DNA from: Podarcis bocagei
Lineage: Eukaryota
Length of the DNA: 64,000 bases
Strand: one strand, 5' to 3'
Assembly: GCA_964188305.1 (NCBI GenBank)
Contig: OZ076888.1
Numbering within the stretch: the stretch's first letter is position 1; each line of letters begins with the position of its first letter. The translations under genes and the position numbers were made by a program. Positions 25,716-38,948 of this stretch are shown in pieces. The notes under the pieces are model-generated. The model had not been told where the DNA came from, made no database searches, and saw only the letters and a list, made by a program, of their open reading frames with translations.

Positions 25716-26413
25716 CTAATAGACAAACAAAAAAGCAAGCAAACAAAAACCAACAGTGACATTATTATTATTATTATTATTGTTGTTGTTAAATTTCCCC
25801 ACCCATGCCTTTAAGTAAAACAGATTAGGTCCAGAGTGCGATTAAAACATCCATCACTTATTGTTCCATTTCTGTTTTGCTCCTTGGTGCTCCAAAGATT
25901 CTCAAGAGGAAACTGTGAGAAAATTCATGCCATCTTTGTAAGCTTTAATGCAGGACGTGGTTCAGGGCTGGAAGAAGGCCCCCACCCCCGCTGAAGTACA
26001 ATGTTAAAGAGGAACAGAAGGCGACAAATTCTGTTATGCCTGCACTGAGCAGGAGACCATGTCAAAAACATATTTTATGATCCATTTGCTTATGATGCCA
26101 TTTATTCCTTCGAAGAGTGCATTTTGTTCATTTATACTTTCAGTTACACATTTGGGTTGTATGGCTGTGACAGGGGCAAGAAGAGAGTTGGTGGCTTTAA
26201 GTACCTCTGCTCCCCTCCAGGCTTGTGATTTTCTCTGGGTTGAAAGTTTCCACAAAAGCCAAATGTTTTAAAGTCACATATTGATAGTTTTGGAGTTTTG
26301 TTGTTGTTGTGTGTTTTTTTGTGGTGATCAGCCTGAACCCAGCCTGCACTGATTTTCTCTGAAGAGATGATCAAATGCTAATGCAACAGGGCAAACAAAG
26401 AAAGCCAGCCAAC

Positions 26414-26540
26414 CTTGCAATCCAGTCTACAAAGCCGTCCTTCGTGAGCTACCATGTCCCCAGGTGCCTGCAGAAAATAAGGCCGGAAAAATCGCTCCTG
26501 GACGGGTTCCTTATCTCCTTCTGGTATACGGGATCTTCCC
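26414..26540 (-). CDS. MYPN: Myopalladin exon 16
   Basis: 127 nt; GRSRIPEGDKEPVQERFFRPYFLQAPGDMVAHEGRLCRLDCK; donor gttggc. Confidence 0.95.
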
Positions 26541-26753
26541 CTGCAATGCAAAAACCTGTAAACATGGGATGAGCTTGGGAGGCAGGGCTGCCATCTTAGA
26601 AAAAGATGAACTTCCCAGCCAAGCTTAATCTTTGGGCATCTCCCTCCATCCACTGCTGGTGAACCCACCATAGCTTTAGTTTGCCCAGTTCACTCATGCT
26701 TACCTCACAATATATCTACACACCAAGGATCAGGTGTTGTTGGTTGTTTTTAC

Positions 26754-26836
26754 CTGTGTGACTGGATTGCTGTTGTTAATCTACCACGCATTGGAGGAGT
26801 TTGAACCAGTAAGTGACCAGAACAGCTAATTCTCCC
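26754..26836 (-). CDS. MYPN: Myopalladin exon 15
   Basis: 83 nt; GRISCSGHLLVQTPPMRGRLTTAIQSHR; translated by hand, not in the ORF track. Confidence 0.94.
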
Positions 26837-27046
26837 CTGTCAGAACGATATAGGAGAGAAGTAACACGATTCATTAAATTGTCTCCTTCCTCATTGCTGT
26901 TGTTGTGGTGTTTAAGACCAATGTACGGTTATGATATAACAGTGGTACTAGTAAATTGGACTTTCCAAAGCTATGCAGCTTTGTACACAAGTCTAAAGCT
27001 TGGGGGAAGGGGTGCAATATATTTTTAAAGGGAAGTAAACCCTTAC

Positions 27047-27196
27047 CTGTGGATTTGCAGCCATGAATGTATAGTTTCCATCATCATCGTTCGTGGTCTC
27101 TTCAATATGCAATGAGCATGTCCCATCACCCTCCCTGATCATCTTGAAATGTCCATCTTTCTTTGAAATCTGCTTGCCATCCTTAAACCAATATAC
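27047..27196 (-). CDS. MYPN: Myopalladin exon 14 (Ig3)
   Basis: 150 nt; VYWFKDGKQISKKDGHFKMIREGDGTCSLHIEETTNDDDGNYTFMAANPQ. Confidence 0.96.
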
Positions 27197-27608
27197 CTGT
27201 CATGATTGTAAAGAAAGGAGACTTAGGCTGCACACTTACCTGTGAGAGTAAGTCTCACTGAACTCAACCAGACTACATTCTACACCATTGTTGCGGTGCC
27301 CCCGAGGCTCTGCCCCCAGTGTAGCTGAACTGGTTGTGCTCTCCTAAATCTGTCTCTGATAGTTGCTACAGCTACAATCCTATACATACTCACCAAAAAT
27401 TAAATCCAACTGAATGGAGAATGGCTGATTTCTTCTCATGGGCTACTTCAGATTGAACAGTCCACTAAGAATCCCTTCCCCACCACATTCAAATTAATTT
27501 ACTAGGTGATCACAAGGCATTGTACTCTAAGCCTTCATATACACTATATATTTAAAACACATCTCCAGCATCGTCTTCCCTTCTGTTGGATTTCTGTGCA
27601 CCACCTAC

Positions 27609-27830
27609 CTTAGGTATAGGAATTCCAACAATTTTGCAAGTGAAGGTAGCAGGGTACCCTTCCAAGACACGGAAATGCTTGAGTCTTTTGTCGAAGATTG
27701 GGGCAATGCACTTGCCCGTGGGGATCTCATCATGCTCAACTTCATCATCTGATTCATCCACTGGGGTACGTTCAAGGCGAAACTCTATTTCGTTCATCAA
27801 TCTCTGCTCAAAGCTGGAAATTTTATATTC
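27609..27830 (-). CDS. MYPN: Myopalladin exon 13
   Basis: 222 nt; EYKISSFEQRLMNEIEFRLERTPVDESDDE...IAPIFDKRLKHFRVLEGYPATFTCKIVGIPIPK. Confidence 0.97.
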
Positions 27831-30800
27831 CTGCAATATAACCCAGTGGAGGGACATAGTTACAAAATTTGTACTCCAATATATTGCTGAAATCACAGTT
27901 CACGGCAGATATTTCAATGTTGTTTCCTCCATCTTCATAGAGACTGGCTATTCCCAGAACCAAGCAGTAGGACCTTTCCAAATGAAACCTGTGCATTGAG
28001 ACATGACTTCAACCTCTGTTTTTACCATGGGTGAGATCAAATGGGTTTTGGATTTCTCCATTCCATTCCAGCTTCCTTCCCTTGCTCTCCCCAAAATGAA
28101 CTGACCATCACTGACCTTCAGACCATCACTATTTTGTGTGAGACTTCAAGTGTGTATTAGCAATTTAGGTTTTTGCAATTAAAGTGGATTTAAAACGTTC
28201 TGTTGCCCTAACACAATAAATCTACTTATAACACCCCCCCAGACATTTTGCAGATAGAAAAGTGACAGGAAAATGCACTGAAAAGTGTAGAATGAGCAAG
28301 CGATTAACAGAAAATATATAAACACCCCATAAACAAATCAGTACAAAAACCGAACAAAGACTGGACATAGTGTAATATCCATGTAAGCTTCAGGCAAAAT
28401 AGGATAAATGCTCAATAAGCATTTCATTTGGAGGCACCCTGAGTTATCCTGAGTCTTGCTCCTGATGTCACCTGGCTAAACTACAAAGGGTTAGAGGCCT
28501 GCAGCCTCATGAAAGGACACACCATGTACATTTCCTCTTCTACTTGATTTGTTTATCCTGAGGGTCCAATTTGTGAGATTCTTCACCCTCAAAAAACACG
28601 AGGATTGCACAAAAATAGTTCCTGCATGTGTTGGCTTTTGTCAGGAGCACTAAACATTAATGGAAGTCCATAGATAGCAGAGAGGACACACTTTTCCATC
28701 ACACAGAGACTGGCAGGTTGAAGCTTCTTAAGCATCAGCTTAACACCTGACTAGGACTAGGCAAAAGGTGGAAGATCTTAATCACAACTCTTCCCTCTTT
28801 TTTTAAGAAAAGTATTAGAAGTTGCAGGGAGTCCCCAAATTTGATCAGGAGTGTGGCACTGGGGGAGGGGATTCGACCCCTTCCCTCATGATGTTTTCCT
28901 GCATAAAAGCACCCCTCTCCCACTCCAAAACATGTTTTTTCCAGCAGGGAAAAACATGCAGGCACCCACCATATGATACCTGTCCATGTGCTAATGAAGA
29001 GTTTGAACATATGCTACGTGTGCTATTATTGTGTTATAAAATAACCAGACATTTCCCCTTTAATTTCTCCCTTCCCCGGGAAAGTCTTGAGAGCAGTATA
29101 CTTACTGCCTTCCAGGTCATGGATGCACAATGGTAACTGAATTAGTTATAAAAATTTGTATTCCAAGCTAAAAATAACTTAGATAATTGTTGACAGGTAC
29201 TTCCATGACTCATTTGACTAGACCCTGTTTACTACTGAATTATTGTTTATATAATACCATTTTACTGGTTTGTACATTGTATCTCTGTTTTTAGGATACT
29301 GTTTTATTGTTTTTATGGTGTATTTTTGTATTCAGTACTGTACTCCTTTTAAATAAATAAATATTGGTTGTTTTAATTTTGTCCCAATCTATCTTAAATC
29401 TGACAATGAGAACAAGCATGTTGATAGTGGGCTTTCTTGTGTGTGTTATTTTTTTAATGTCCATCTATCCTCCTTGCATGGAATCAAACGTTTGTTTTTG
29501 GAATTTGAAGGGCTATGGACTACTCTTAAACTGAATTGCCTATAAATCTTTCACTGAAGGGCAAATAACATCAGGACAATTTTAATTGGGAAAATGCTAT
29601 GTGGTTGGGATGGTTAAGTCCCTCTTCCCACAGTGCTATGGGGAATCTTTCTTTTCTTTTTCTCTCTCAGTGTGTGCGGGGCATCCTAATTATGGTTTTC
29701 TGCATCACATTGAATTTGATCCTTAAAACATGTCCTTAAGGAGAATGGTTTTCATAAGTTCATCCAACAGTGAAAGACTGAGCCATGAAGCCATGAGTCC
29801 ACCACTAGATGGGGGTCGTCAGATCACCTTTGGGTTGGCTGTGCTTCATGGCTTTTCACCAGCTGGCATGCAAAGCCTATCCTTCTAGAATTTCACCTTG
29901 TTTAGTTTTCTCTTTCATGAAGCATGCCTCAGCAAATTGCTATACAAAATGGAGCAAATTCCTGTCTCAGTTACTTGCTTCTGATGGTTGTTACAGAATG
30001 CCTTTGCAAAATAGAAAGGCATGAGCTTCTAATAGTTGCCAACTGAAAGCACTTATTCTATGGTAGTAGATAAAAAAGGTCAAACATTCTGCTTATTGCT
30101 TTGTGATCTAAGCCTCCAAAATTGCTAAAACTAAGGTCAGTCTGAACCAGGGAAGTGCTGGACCCCCGAAATCATATACAGTATCTCAGCTCAGTCAATA
30201 GATGCAGTATTCACACTTGACGTATTTAACTTGAGGTAATTTTAAACTGGCTTAATATTTTAACTTCTGTATGTTTTAAAAGTACGGTTGTGAATTTTTC
30301 CCTTTTTATAAAATGCTTTGAGGGTTTTTTACAATCAAGTAGTATGGTACATAAATTTTATAAAATTAATTAATTAACTAATTAAAGGGCAAACTAGATG
30401 TGCAACAGGCAGCATATGTGTTTAAATGTGTGGGTTTCCTTGCAATATGCACAGAAACAGGAGCCCAGACCTCTCTTAATCATTGCTTTTGCCTCTATTG
30501 CAGATAGAAACCCAGGCATTTAATATGCACATATGCTCACTATGTATATTTTATCATTAAATGAGCCCTTTTGTACCATGTTAAAACTGTAAAAATGTGA
30601 ATTGACAAGTCACTCATTCTTAGCCTGTAAACTGGGAATAATAGTGTCTCTGTGAAGTACTTTGGGATAGGATGGGATTATCTAGCTAACTAACTAAGTA
30701 ATAACACATAGAGCTAATGTCCTTCTACAATTTAGAGCTTCTTTACTGTATGGGTTCACAGAACATCTGTCTTGAAGTATAGCCTTCTTGTTCTTAACAA

Positions 30801-30874
30801 ATTGGGAGCTTCATAATTGTCAAAAAATGTCAACTAATTGTCAATAATTATCATGGAGGTATTTTCTGTAAGAA

Positions 30875-30876
<2 letters not shown>

Positions 30877-30926
<50 letters not shown>
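30877..30926. repeat. (AC)25 microsatellite, read as (GU)25 in MYPN pre-mRNA
   Basis: Read directly from sequence. Confidence 0.97.
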
Positions 30927-30928
<2 letters not shown>

Positions 30929-31031
30929 CCCGCCACTTCCAATTGTGTTAATGGCTGAATTTCAGATTTTCAAATTCTAGTCATCAGATTTACATATGGA
31001 GCCTAGATTAGCAGGGTTAGCAGGGTTGTAC

Positions 31032-31124
31032 CTTAGATACATCCTGAGCTGTAAAGTTGAAGATTGGGGTATCATTGCTTGGTCCCTGAAGCTTGCGAGC
31101 CAGATATTCATCATAGGTTGCTCT
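31032..31124 (-). CDS. MYPN: Myopalladin extra in-frame exon '12b' (93 nt, palladin-like)
   Basis: Acceptor cttccctctaccag|, donor AAG|gtacaa, phase 0-0, stop-free. RATYDEYLARKLQGPSNDTPIFNFTAQDVSK resembles the palladin segment RLTYEERMARRLLG..ATVFNI that precedes EYKVSS. Confidence 0.8.
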
Positions 31125-33949
31125 CTGGTAGAGGGAAGTAATGGGATTAGGAAAATGTTATGATGATTTATATGGGCATAATTTTAATAAAATCTAGTAC
31201 AGGCAACAGAATGGAGTTTCAGAAGTGACACGTAGTGTGGGGTTTGATTAATCACCCAGTACTGCAGTGCACACACCATTTCAAATAATTAAGAGAGCAC
31301 AGAGTATTTTACAAGCTGGAAGGGACAGTTTAACTCCCAGTGATGTGAACTAAAAAGTCCCCACTGGTTAAAATGAGGAGCTGAATTGCAAATTCTGAGG
31401 TAAAAAAAATTATTCATTTCCTTCTTACTACATGGAGGTAGTGGGGATGACTGAGAGACCTTCCTTTCTCCCCCCACCCTCTTGTAAAGTTTGAAACAAA
31501 CACCTTAAAAACAAGGATGGGGGAACCTGTGGCTATCCAATGTTGTTGGATTATAAGTCTCTCATCCTTGAACAATGGCCATGGTGGCTGGGCCTGACAG
31601 GACCTGGAATTCAACAACATATGTGAGCTATAGGTTCCCTATCTTTGCTTTAAGTGTACTTTGGTAACAACTGAGGGCTTTGTATGGCTGAGGATGGCTG
31701 CAGCAGCCCTGTGGGCTAATTCTCCTTTGTACTTACAAGGAGATACCGTTTTCAAAATCAATAAATTGTTGTTTTTTGTTAAAATTTGTCCTTTCCTTTT
31801 GGCTATTTTGAATTAACTTAAAGGGGTCTATGTGGCAGCATTGATTTAACCAATAAGAAACAAAAATAAAGCTTGGGACATTCTTGTTGTTTTGTTCATT
31901 CTCGTGTTCCTTAAAATATTATAATTAATTGGGAAAACTAACATTAATTCTTGGCATTTACGACTGGAAGATAAATCAGAGTATACTCTGTACTCTGTTT
32001 ATATAAAAGCATTAAAGAAGACTATAGCGCTCTGCTCTGCAACATTTTCAGGAAACTGAACAAATAAACCCAGAATTTCTCCAATGAAGTTGTTCGCTCC
32101 TGATACCAGTGGAACAAAAACAGTCAGATTGAGGCCTTCTTTCTGTTTCAAAATGGGCAGAATGCTAGGGCCCTGTAACAAAAAATGAGCAGACCCCGGT
32201 AGAAAAAATGATGGGAAGATGCACTGGAAATCGTGGAATAACAACACAGTGGGATAACTCAACACAGTGTCATCTAACCTCTCTGCAAACAAATCCGGAT
32301 AAATGCTCAATAAACAAGTCGTCTGGTAGCAATCAGAGCCCCTTCTATTGCAGCAGCTATTGTGTGGCTGGCAAAACACAAGGAAACTTCCCTGCGAATG
32401 CTATCCAATCCAAGCAACAAAGGCGCATCTAGGGGAGCTTGACCAGCTCGGTCACACCAAGCATGGAGATTCTGGGGCGCTGCAACTGTGACATCCAGCA
32501 GAAGGAGGGAGTTGGGGAGGGACACACACACCAGATTTTGGCATTGCACAGGGCGCCACAGAAATTTGAGGTGCCAAGGTCTGCCACTGCAAGCGACCCA
32601 GCAGAGGACACCCTTCTCTCTGATGGGGCCTCAGCTTTCAGCTCTGCCTGACCTCACCACAGAAACCAATGGCACGCTAGGACTGAAGCCAGAAGATGGA
32701 GTTGCTGGAATGACTAGCAAACTGCGGCTCCATTATTTTCAGTGAGAACTCTCCCCTTTCAGGAAAGCAAGGAGAGTTTGCTGAGGGGAGAGAAATACTA
32801 TTGTTGAGTTGCTAGGGAGGATTTCTGTGCACATGCTCAGTAGGAAGGAGGCTCCTTAGCAATCATTTCTGTCAAATGTTTTGGTGGACACAGAAAGCAG
32901 GTGTGTATCCTGAACTTGACACTGAAGGGTTGAAAGTGTCAGTCCTGCCTGACTTTGTCACAGTTCCTGTCTTTGCTCTGCCCTCTTCATACCTCTTCTG
33001 GTTCTGGGAGACCAGAGGGGAGGGGAGAGCAGGAGGGCTTCCAAGCGAGAGGCATTATAGCAGCTCAAGCCAAAGGACTAAAGAGGCCACAGAACAGGGG
33101 GAGTCAGGGGTTTTAGGGGTGGGGCAGAAGAAAAGAGAGGGGTGAGGAAACAGGGTAATGGGTATTTATTTATTTATTGTTAATGTTTCTATACTGCCTT
33201 TCTGTAAACCAGCAAGGCAGTGTACAACTGATCAGAAACAGTAAACAGCATTAAAAATATATCTTTAAAACCTAAGTCACTGGAGCACAAAATGTGCAGG
33301 AGGAATGACTTGTTGAGATGTCACTGGGCAGATTCACGTTGGGGCAACGTTAACATATTACACCTGCTTCTTTCATGCAGCTTCCCCTACCTCAGCTCAG
33401 GAAGACAGGTGGGAATTGAGGCAGGACACACGACACGGTGTGAGCAGCATAAGCAGATGCTGGCAAAAAGAGCAGCAGAGCTTCTGGGAAAGGTCAGCCC
33501 AATAAATTAAGCTGATGATTCTGAAGGGCTTTAGAACTCTGCTCTCTGCCACTCCACATTCAGCTTTTATAAAAACTATTCATTAAACCCAGATCTATCA
33601 CTGATATAGAAAACCTGATTTTTAAAACATCAAGTGCTTTAAACATACTTGTAATACAACAAACTAATGAACAAACTTTTAATTGCTCACACAAACTACA
33701 CTGGTCCCTTGGGTTGGCACCAGAATGCGGTGCAGTTGGGCATTTGCTGTGATGTCAAGATCTGCAAAGGGGCCCAGCACCCCAAAAGTGCAGCCATTCA
33801 CACTTCTTGTGAAGTGTTCAAAAAGGGTCAGATGTGGCATGTTAGTATGTTCCACTTCTCCAAGGTTAAGGGTAGGTGCCTGGTCTAAGGTACACTCCTC
33901 ACCACCACCACAAAAAATATCCTAGAGCAAGTACTTTTAGACCCCATCC

Positions 33950-34336
33950 CAGCGGCATAGCGTGGGTTGTCAGCACCCGGGGCAAGGCAAGTAATTTGCG
34001 CCCCCTAACCCCTAACCTGCCGCCGCTGCCAGCTTCTTCTTGCTGCTGCCTGGTCTGGTCTGGTGTGGTTCTCTCCCGTGCTCAGTGCTGCGCTGGGCGG
34101 CCGCTGCACTGTCCCTCCCCCAGATAGTCCCTCGCTCGCTCTCCGCACCGCACGCCTGGCACCCACCCCCTCCACAGTGGGCGGCGACCCAGCAGCTCGG
34201 ATTGGATTCGCACAGCCAGCACTGCAGTGAGAGAGAGTGAGTGAGCCAGGTAGGGGCAGAGAGCTGCGAGCGCGCCCCCCCAGATGTTGTGCCCGGTGCG
34301 GCCGGCCCCCTCTGCACCCCCCACGCTACGCCACTG
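33950..34336 (+). mobile_element. GC-rich hAT non-autonomous element, copy A
   Basis: TIR CAGCGGCATAGCGTGGG / CCCACGCTACGCCACTG; 8-bp TSD CCCCATCC/CCCCACCC (7/8); close inverted relative at 50782-51022. Confidence 0.88.
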
Positions 34337-36553
34337 CCCCACCCCAAGTGGTCAACTGCTGAAAATATTGGGAAATGAAAGATGAAGAGATGGGAAGAAT
34401 GAAAATGCTTTGGATGAAACGACAATGAAGTAAATGGCAATCACAATATACGGTATTACCACGGTAATTAATGTTTAATTAATTAAATTAATTAAAAATT
34501 AATGTTTCGTATCACACAACCCAATGCACATCTAATTCAGGAGTAAATATCAGTGTGTTCAGTGGGGCTTACTCCCAGGTAAGTGTGCACAGGATTATAG
34601 CCTCAAACTTCTTGGCTCACTGTTCACTCACATCATGTATAAATAAATAGCTCATGCTCTCATTAGCACAAAGTGACTTTTGTTTCTAAAGGAGTTATTA
34701 CACCGTTAACATAAAGGATTGGGTGGTATTTCACAGTAGCCTTCTAAGAAATTCATCTCACCGCTTCAGCAAGTACAGACTTTAGCACCTATGATTCATC
34801 TGCAAAGACCCATCATGTGCCTAGAAGTGGTTTGGCAGGTGACTATGTTCCCAGAGCTGTCAACAAACCATATCACCTAAGTTATTGCCTGTGGGCAGTC
34901 TACCTCCAGGCTGATTTCCTTTTGTAAATATAAATATTTGGGCAAGGGTGGGGACAGCTGATTTACATGCACTGCAAGGCAGCTACAGCTACGTTTGTAT
35001 AGGGAGCTCCTCGCAAACCCGCTGAAGACGAAAAATTGCCCCTGCATTGTCATTAGTACATTCCTATGTGCTACTTCACGTTTATATATACAGGAACAAG
35101 GTCAGAGTTTAACTGGACTCCAAGTCACCACACTTGGCCCTTGAATCTGTTTTCAGCAACAGGGCTCAAATCTGGGTCAAGTGAAACAACAGTTAAAAAT
35201 AGAATATATTTCAATGTGTGCAACAGTACTTTCCCCTACACCATGGAGCAATCACATTCACTTATCCTGCAACTGCTCCCAATTCAAACAGGGCTATCAT
35301 ATTTTTCAAAGTTCCATCTTGGGTGAGAGGAAACCCCATCCAAAACTCTGATTTTTAGGAATCAAACAATGTTTACTTCTCCATCACCCTCTTTCCTCCT
35401 TTCTTTCCCTTCTCTTGTACTACTTATGTCTAGGGGCATCATAAAACATTTGCCGTGTGGTTACAAATACATTTAAATTCTTAGTCGCTTTGAGACAAAA
35501 CTCTTTTTTTCCATAGAAAGTCACAAATAACAACAACTGTATTTCTGATATCCATTAGTTCCATGGTTCCCTATTGGCTAAGTACTGTGAAGCCCCAGTT
35601 TTTCGAAAGGCAAGCCATGGACTCCCTACTTTTGAAAATTTTGATCTCTCTATGGTAGGTTTGTTGGTTCATTAGAACTAGCGGCAATCAGCAAATCCAG
35701 TTCACAAGTCTCTTGCATCCTAGGAGATCAGTGTTCCGGTCACTTGCAAAGACGCTATGAGCACTCAAGAAAGCTCATCTCTGATCTGAGAAGTGAATCA
35801 AAGAACTATGTAAGCAGCAGCAGCTCTCACCACTGATCACTCAGTCTTCTCCCCTTCTGAGAAGTCACTAGACATTGTCCACACAATTTCAAGCCAAACT
35901 CCATTTCCTTAAGGATTAGAACCCTTAAAAAAAATATCAAACAGCACCTCCCTGACAGATCTCTCCTCCACCTCCGCCATCCCTCCAATAAGCTTAACAG
36001 GAAGCAATGAGCAGAAGCTGCAGTGCTAAGACTGGCGGTGAGAAGAGAAGTGCCTGGTGGAGCAGCTGCAGCAGCCACTGCCAACTTCATTTCCCCAGAA
36101 TGCCTCTGGACTCCAGCATAGCAGTCCAGAGGAATTCTTCTCAAATTAAGATAGGGTGGATGCAGCCTCACCTGGTACTTCTCTTCACTGTGCTGGGATG
36201 AGCACTGCCACCCAGAAAATGGCTTTAAAAAAGGATGCCAGAAAGCAGCAGCAGCAACTGTAGCAGGTCTTGTAGGGCCCTGCCATTTGCCTCATCATAC
36301 CAGAAACTGATGCTGCACCTGAATATACACACAAGAGTTCTCATCAGCAGCCCTGCTGACAGTGATTAATATTCTGATCCTAAACATTAGGCCAGTCTAT
36401 GTGCCTATAATGCCAGTAAAATGTCACACTATCCCCGGGCATAATGCCATGCAGTGTGATATTTTGCTAGCCTAGTGTGTTGGGGGTGTGAAGCAAGGTG
36501 TGGGCTGAAGGTCCAAGAAGAGCACATGTTTAAACAGTAGGCAGTGCTCTTAC

Positions 36554-36698
36554 CTGCGGGCCATGTGGAAATACATCGTCCCGTAAATGCAGTCTTTTCT
36601 CCAGGTCCTTGACAACAGCAGCTTTGTGATCTCTAATTGAATCTTCTGTTGGCAGTGGCAAAGGCCTAAGATTTTTCTTCACCGTTCCCTGGCTTCCA
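36554..36698 (-). CDS. MYPN: Myopalladin exon 12
   Basis: 145 nt, phase 2-0; GSQGTVKKNLRPLPLPTEDSIRDHKAAVVKDLEKRLHLRDDVFPHGPQ; donor gtaag. Confidence 0.92.
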
Positions 36699-37333
36699 CT
36701 ACAAAACAAATCTTCTGTTAAAATGCTGCTTTAGCATTTCATTAATGCATGCTTCTTTTCTTTTTTCTACAAAAAACCACTGCCAACAAAAAGAAGCTGT
36801 TCAGATCCAGCTAGGGTCCACATGTGGACTGAGTACACCCAGCTTTGTAACTTATGATGCAATGAGGGGGACTTCAATTCTCACCCTCTACACCAAACAG
36901 CTGATCAGTGCAGTTGCAATTTTTTTCATGGGCTGAGTGGTATAGCCCTTGCTAGTGCACACACACTGTATGGAACCAAGGTCTTAGTCAATGATCCCAA
37001 TCATTAATGAAGAAAGAGGACGGCAAGTTCTAAATAGACTACGGCTGTGACCCACTGGATAACTATTATGGATACTATTACAATATCCAGTTTTTCAAAT
37101 ATAAAGTTCCTGGAGATGCCACAAACTTCTGTTAAAAATAAATTAACCAAAGCTAAAAATGCAGTTAAAGTGAAGCAAAATGCAAGTGAAACTCATTGCA
37201 ATAATAAGGTCTGGAGGCTGCAAAGGTTGACACCAGCTTGGTGGGATCCCTGTCCTCAAAGAAGCAGCATGGCCAGTGCAATAGCTGAAGTTGATAAAAA
37301 ACTGCTCTAGGGACCACAAAACCTGCTTCCCAT

Positions 37334-37477
37334 CAGTGCTTTCCCCCCCTAAAAAATTGTTTAGGGGTACTCTCATTTTTCTACTCATATTGAAATACTG
37401 CCCCTCAATGAGGCCAAACTTAGATTCACAAAATGTTTAGGGGTATACATCCCCCTGCACCCCCCGAAAAAGCACTG
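37334..37477. mobile_element. hAT-like MITE
   Basis: CAGTGCTTT...AAAGCACTG termini, related to 19789-19871; TSD not well preserved. Confidence 0.55.
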
Positions 37478-38145
37478 TTTGCAACCTTTATTAATTAATA
37501 TCAATATTTAACCCCACCAGGGCACAAGGATTTCATACTAACACCTGCTCCAACTTGTCTGAATTAAGTTTTAGTCTGTTCAACCTCGTTCATTTGATCA
37601 TCGCTTCCAAACACAGGAAGACAGAAATGGCAGCACCTGGATGTTTAGCTAATAAGGTACAAGGCATACTGGTGACACTAAACTCCAGACGATCTGTCCC
37701 AATAGGTTCATACAGTGCTGTATCAATAGTGCTCCCCCCGGGCAAAAGAATAGAAAGTGCTAAGTGGAATTCAGAACTCCCTAGAAAGCACATAGTGGTC
37801 TGACAGAATGAATAAGCATGCATGGTAAAAAGATCCTCCTCTTCCCTACCATACACTTTCTGATTTGGGATATTCTAAATACAGAATATCAAAAATAACC
37901 TTGCCTGTGATATTGTACACAGATTCCTGGAGAGCTTTCCTTCAAAGGACCACTTTTTCTCCTTTTTCAAGAGTTCATCAATGTATAGGTTCTAACAATG
38001 GAGGCCAATTTGTTAACTGTGCTCAAAACACCCTACCCCACAATTAATATTTGGCAGATGTTTCCCATGGACAAACCATCCCTGTCTGTTCTTTCACAAT
38101 GGCTCCCTTGTACCAACTTGAATGTGTTACATTTTCATCACTTAC

Positions 38146-38751
38146 GGAGTTGGCGCACTTTTAGGTAGACCCATGGCATTCGTTGGGGGTGTAGAAGGAA
38201 GAGAAGGTAGAACAGAGCTGAGGAAGGCTACCGGGTTCTGAATTCGACCAGTTGGAGAGAGAGGAGTAGGAGGCACATTTTGGGGCTGGAACTGATTCAT
38301 GCTAGATACAGAAAGCAATAGTGGTGGCAACACAGGTTCTTTGGGACTTGTAAGAGGCTGCTCAGTTTGGTTTGCCAATCCTCCTTGAGGCCTTGTCTGG
38401 GCTGGTGGGGATCCTAAGAAGTTCTCCTTGTTGGTTGTCCTCTGGGATCCTTGTGGTATGTTGCTGAACGAAGGCATGGGGGAGCTGGAAGGGGAGCTGA
38501 CGGCTGGGGTGGTGTTCTGAGATGCCAGGAACTGCTTAGGACGGGTGTAGGTGAATGTCTGTGTCGAGGGACCCTTGTTTTGCTTGTATGTAGTCGATGA
38601 AGGCTGCTGCTGTTGCTGGTTGGATGAAGTAGCAGAGTTCAGTGTGCCAGTACTGAATGGCAACTCTTTTGGAGGTGGGGGGGATGGTTGCTGTGTTTGC
38701 TGTTGCTCAAGCAAGACCTGGGTGTGTAGCTGTTTTAACTGGGTGGGATCC
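38146..38751 (-). CDS. MYPN: Myopalladin exon 11 (Pro/Gln/Ser-rich)
   Basis: 606 nt; DPTQLKQLHTQVLLEQ...SPTGRIQNPVAFLSSVLPSLPSTPPTNAMGLPKSAPT. Confidence 0.96.
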
Positions 38752-38948
38752 CTGCATACAAAAACAAAAATGGATGAAATATTTATTAGGGCCCATAAGA
38801 AAACCATTGTGATGTGCGAATCAGGCCATAATATACTATACATATTATACATAATATAATTTCTGCTTGAAATAAGAATATAAGTAACAGTTAAAATGGA
38901 ATTCCATTTCAGACATGGCTAAAGCTTTAAAAATGCCTTCTTACTTAC

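Noticed and set aside
34465-34505. TTAA-rich palindromic run
   Set aside because: Low-complexity slippage at a repeat end; a similar run occurs at ~30363.
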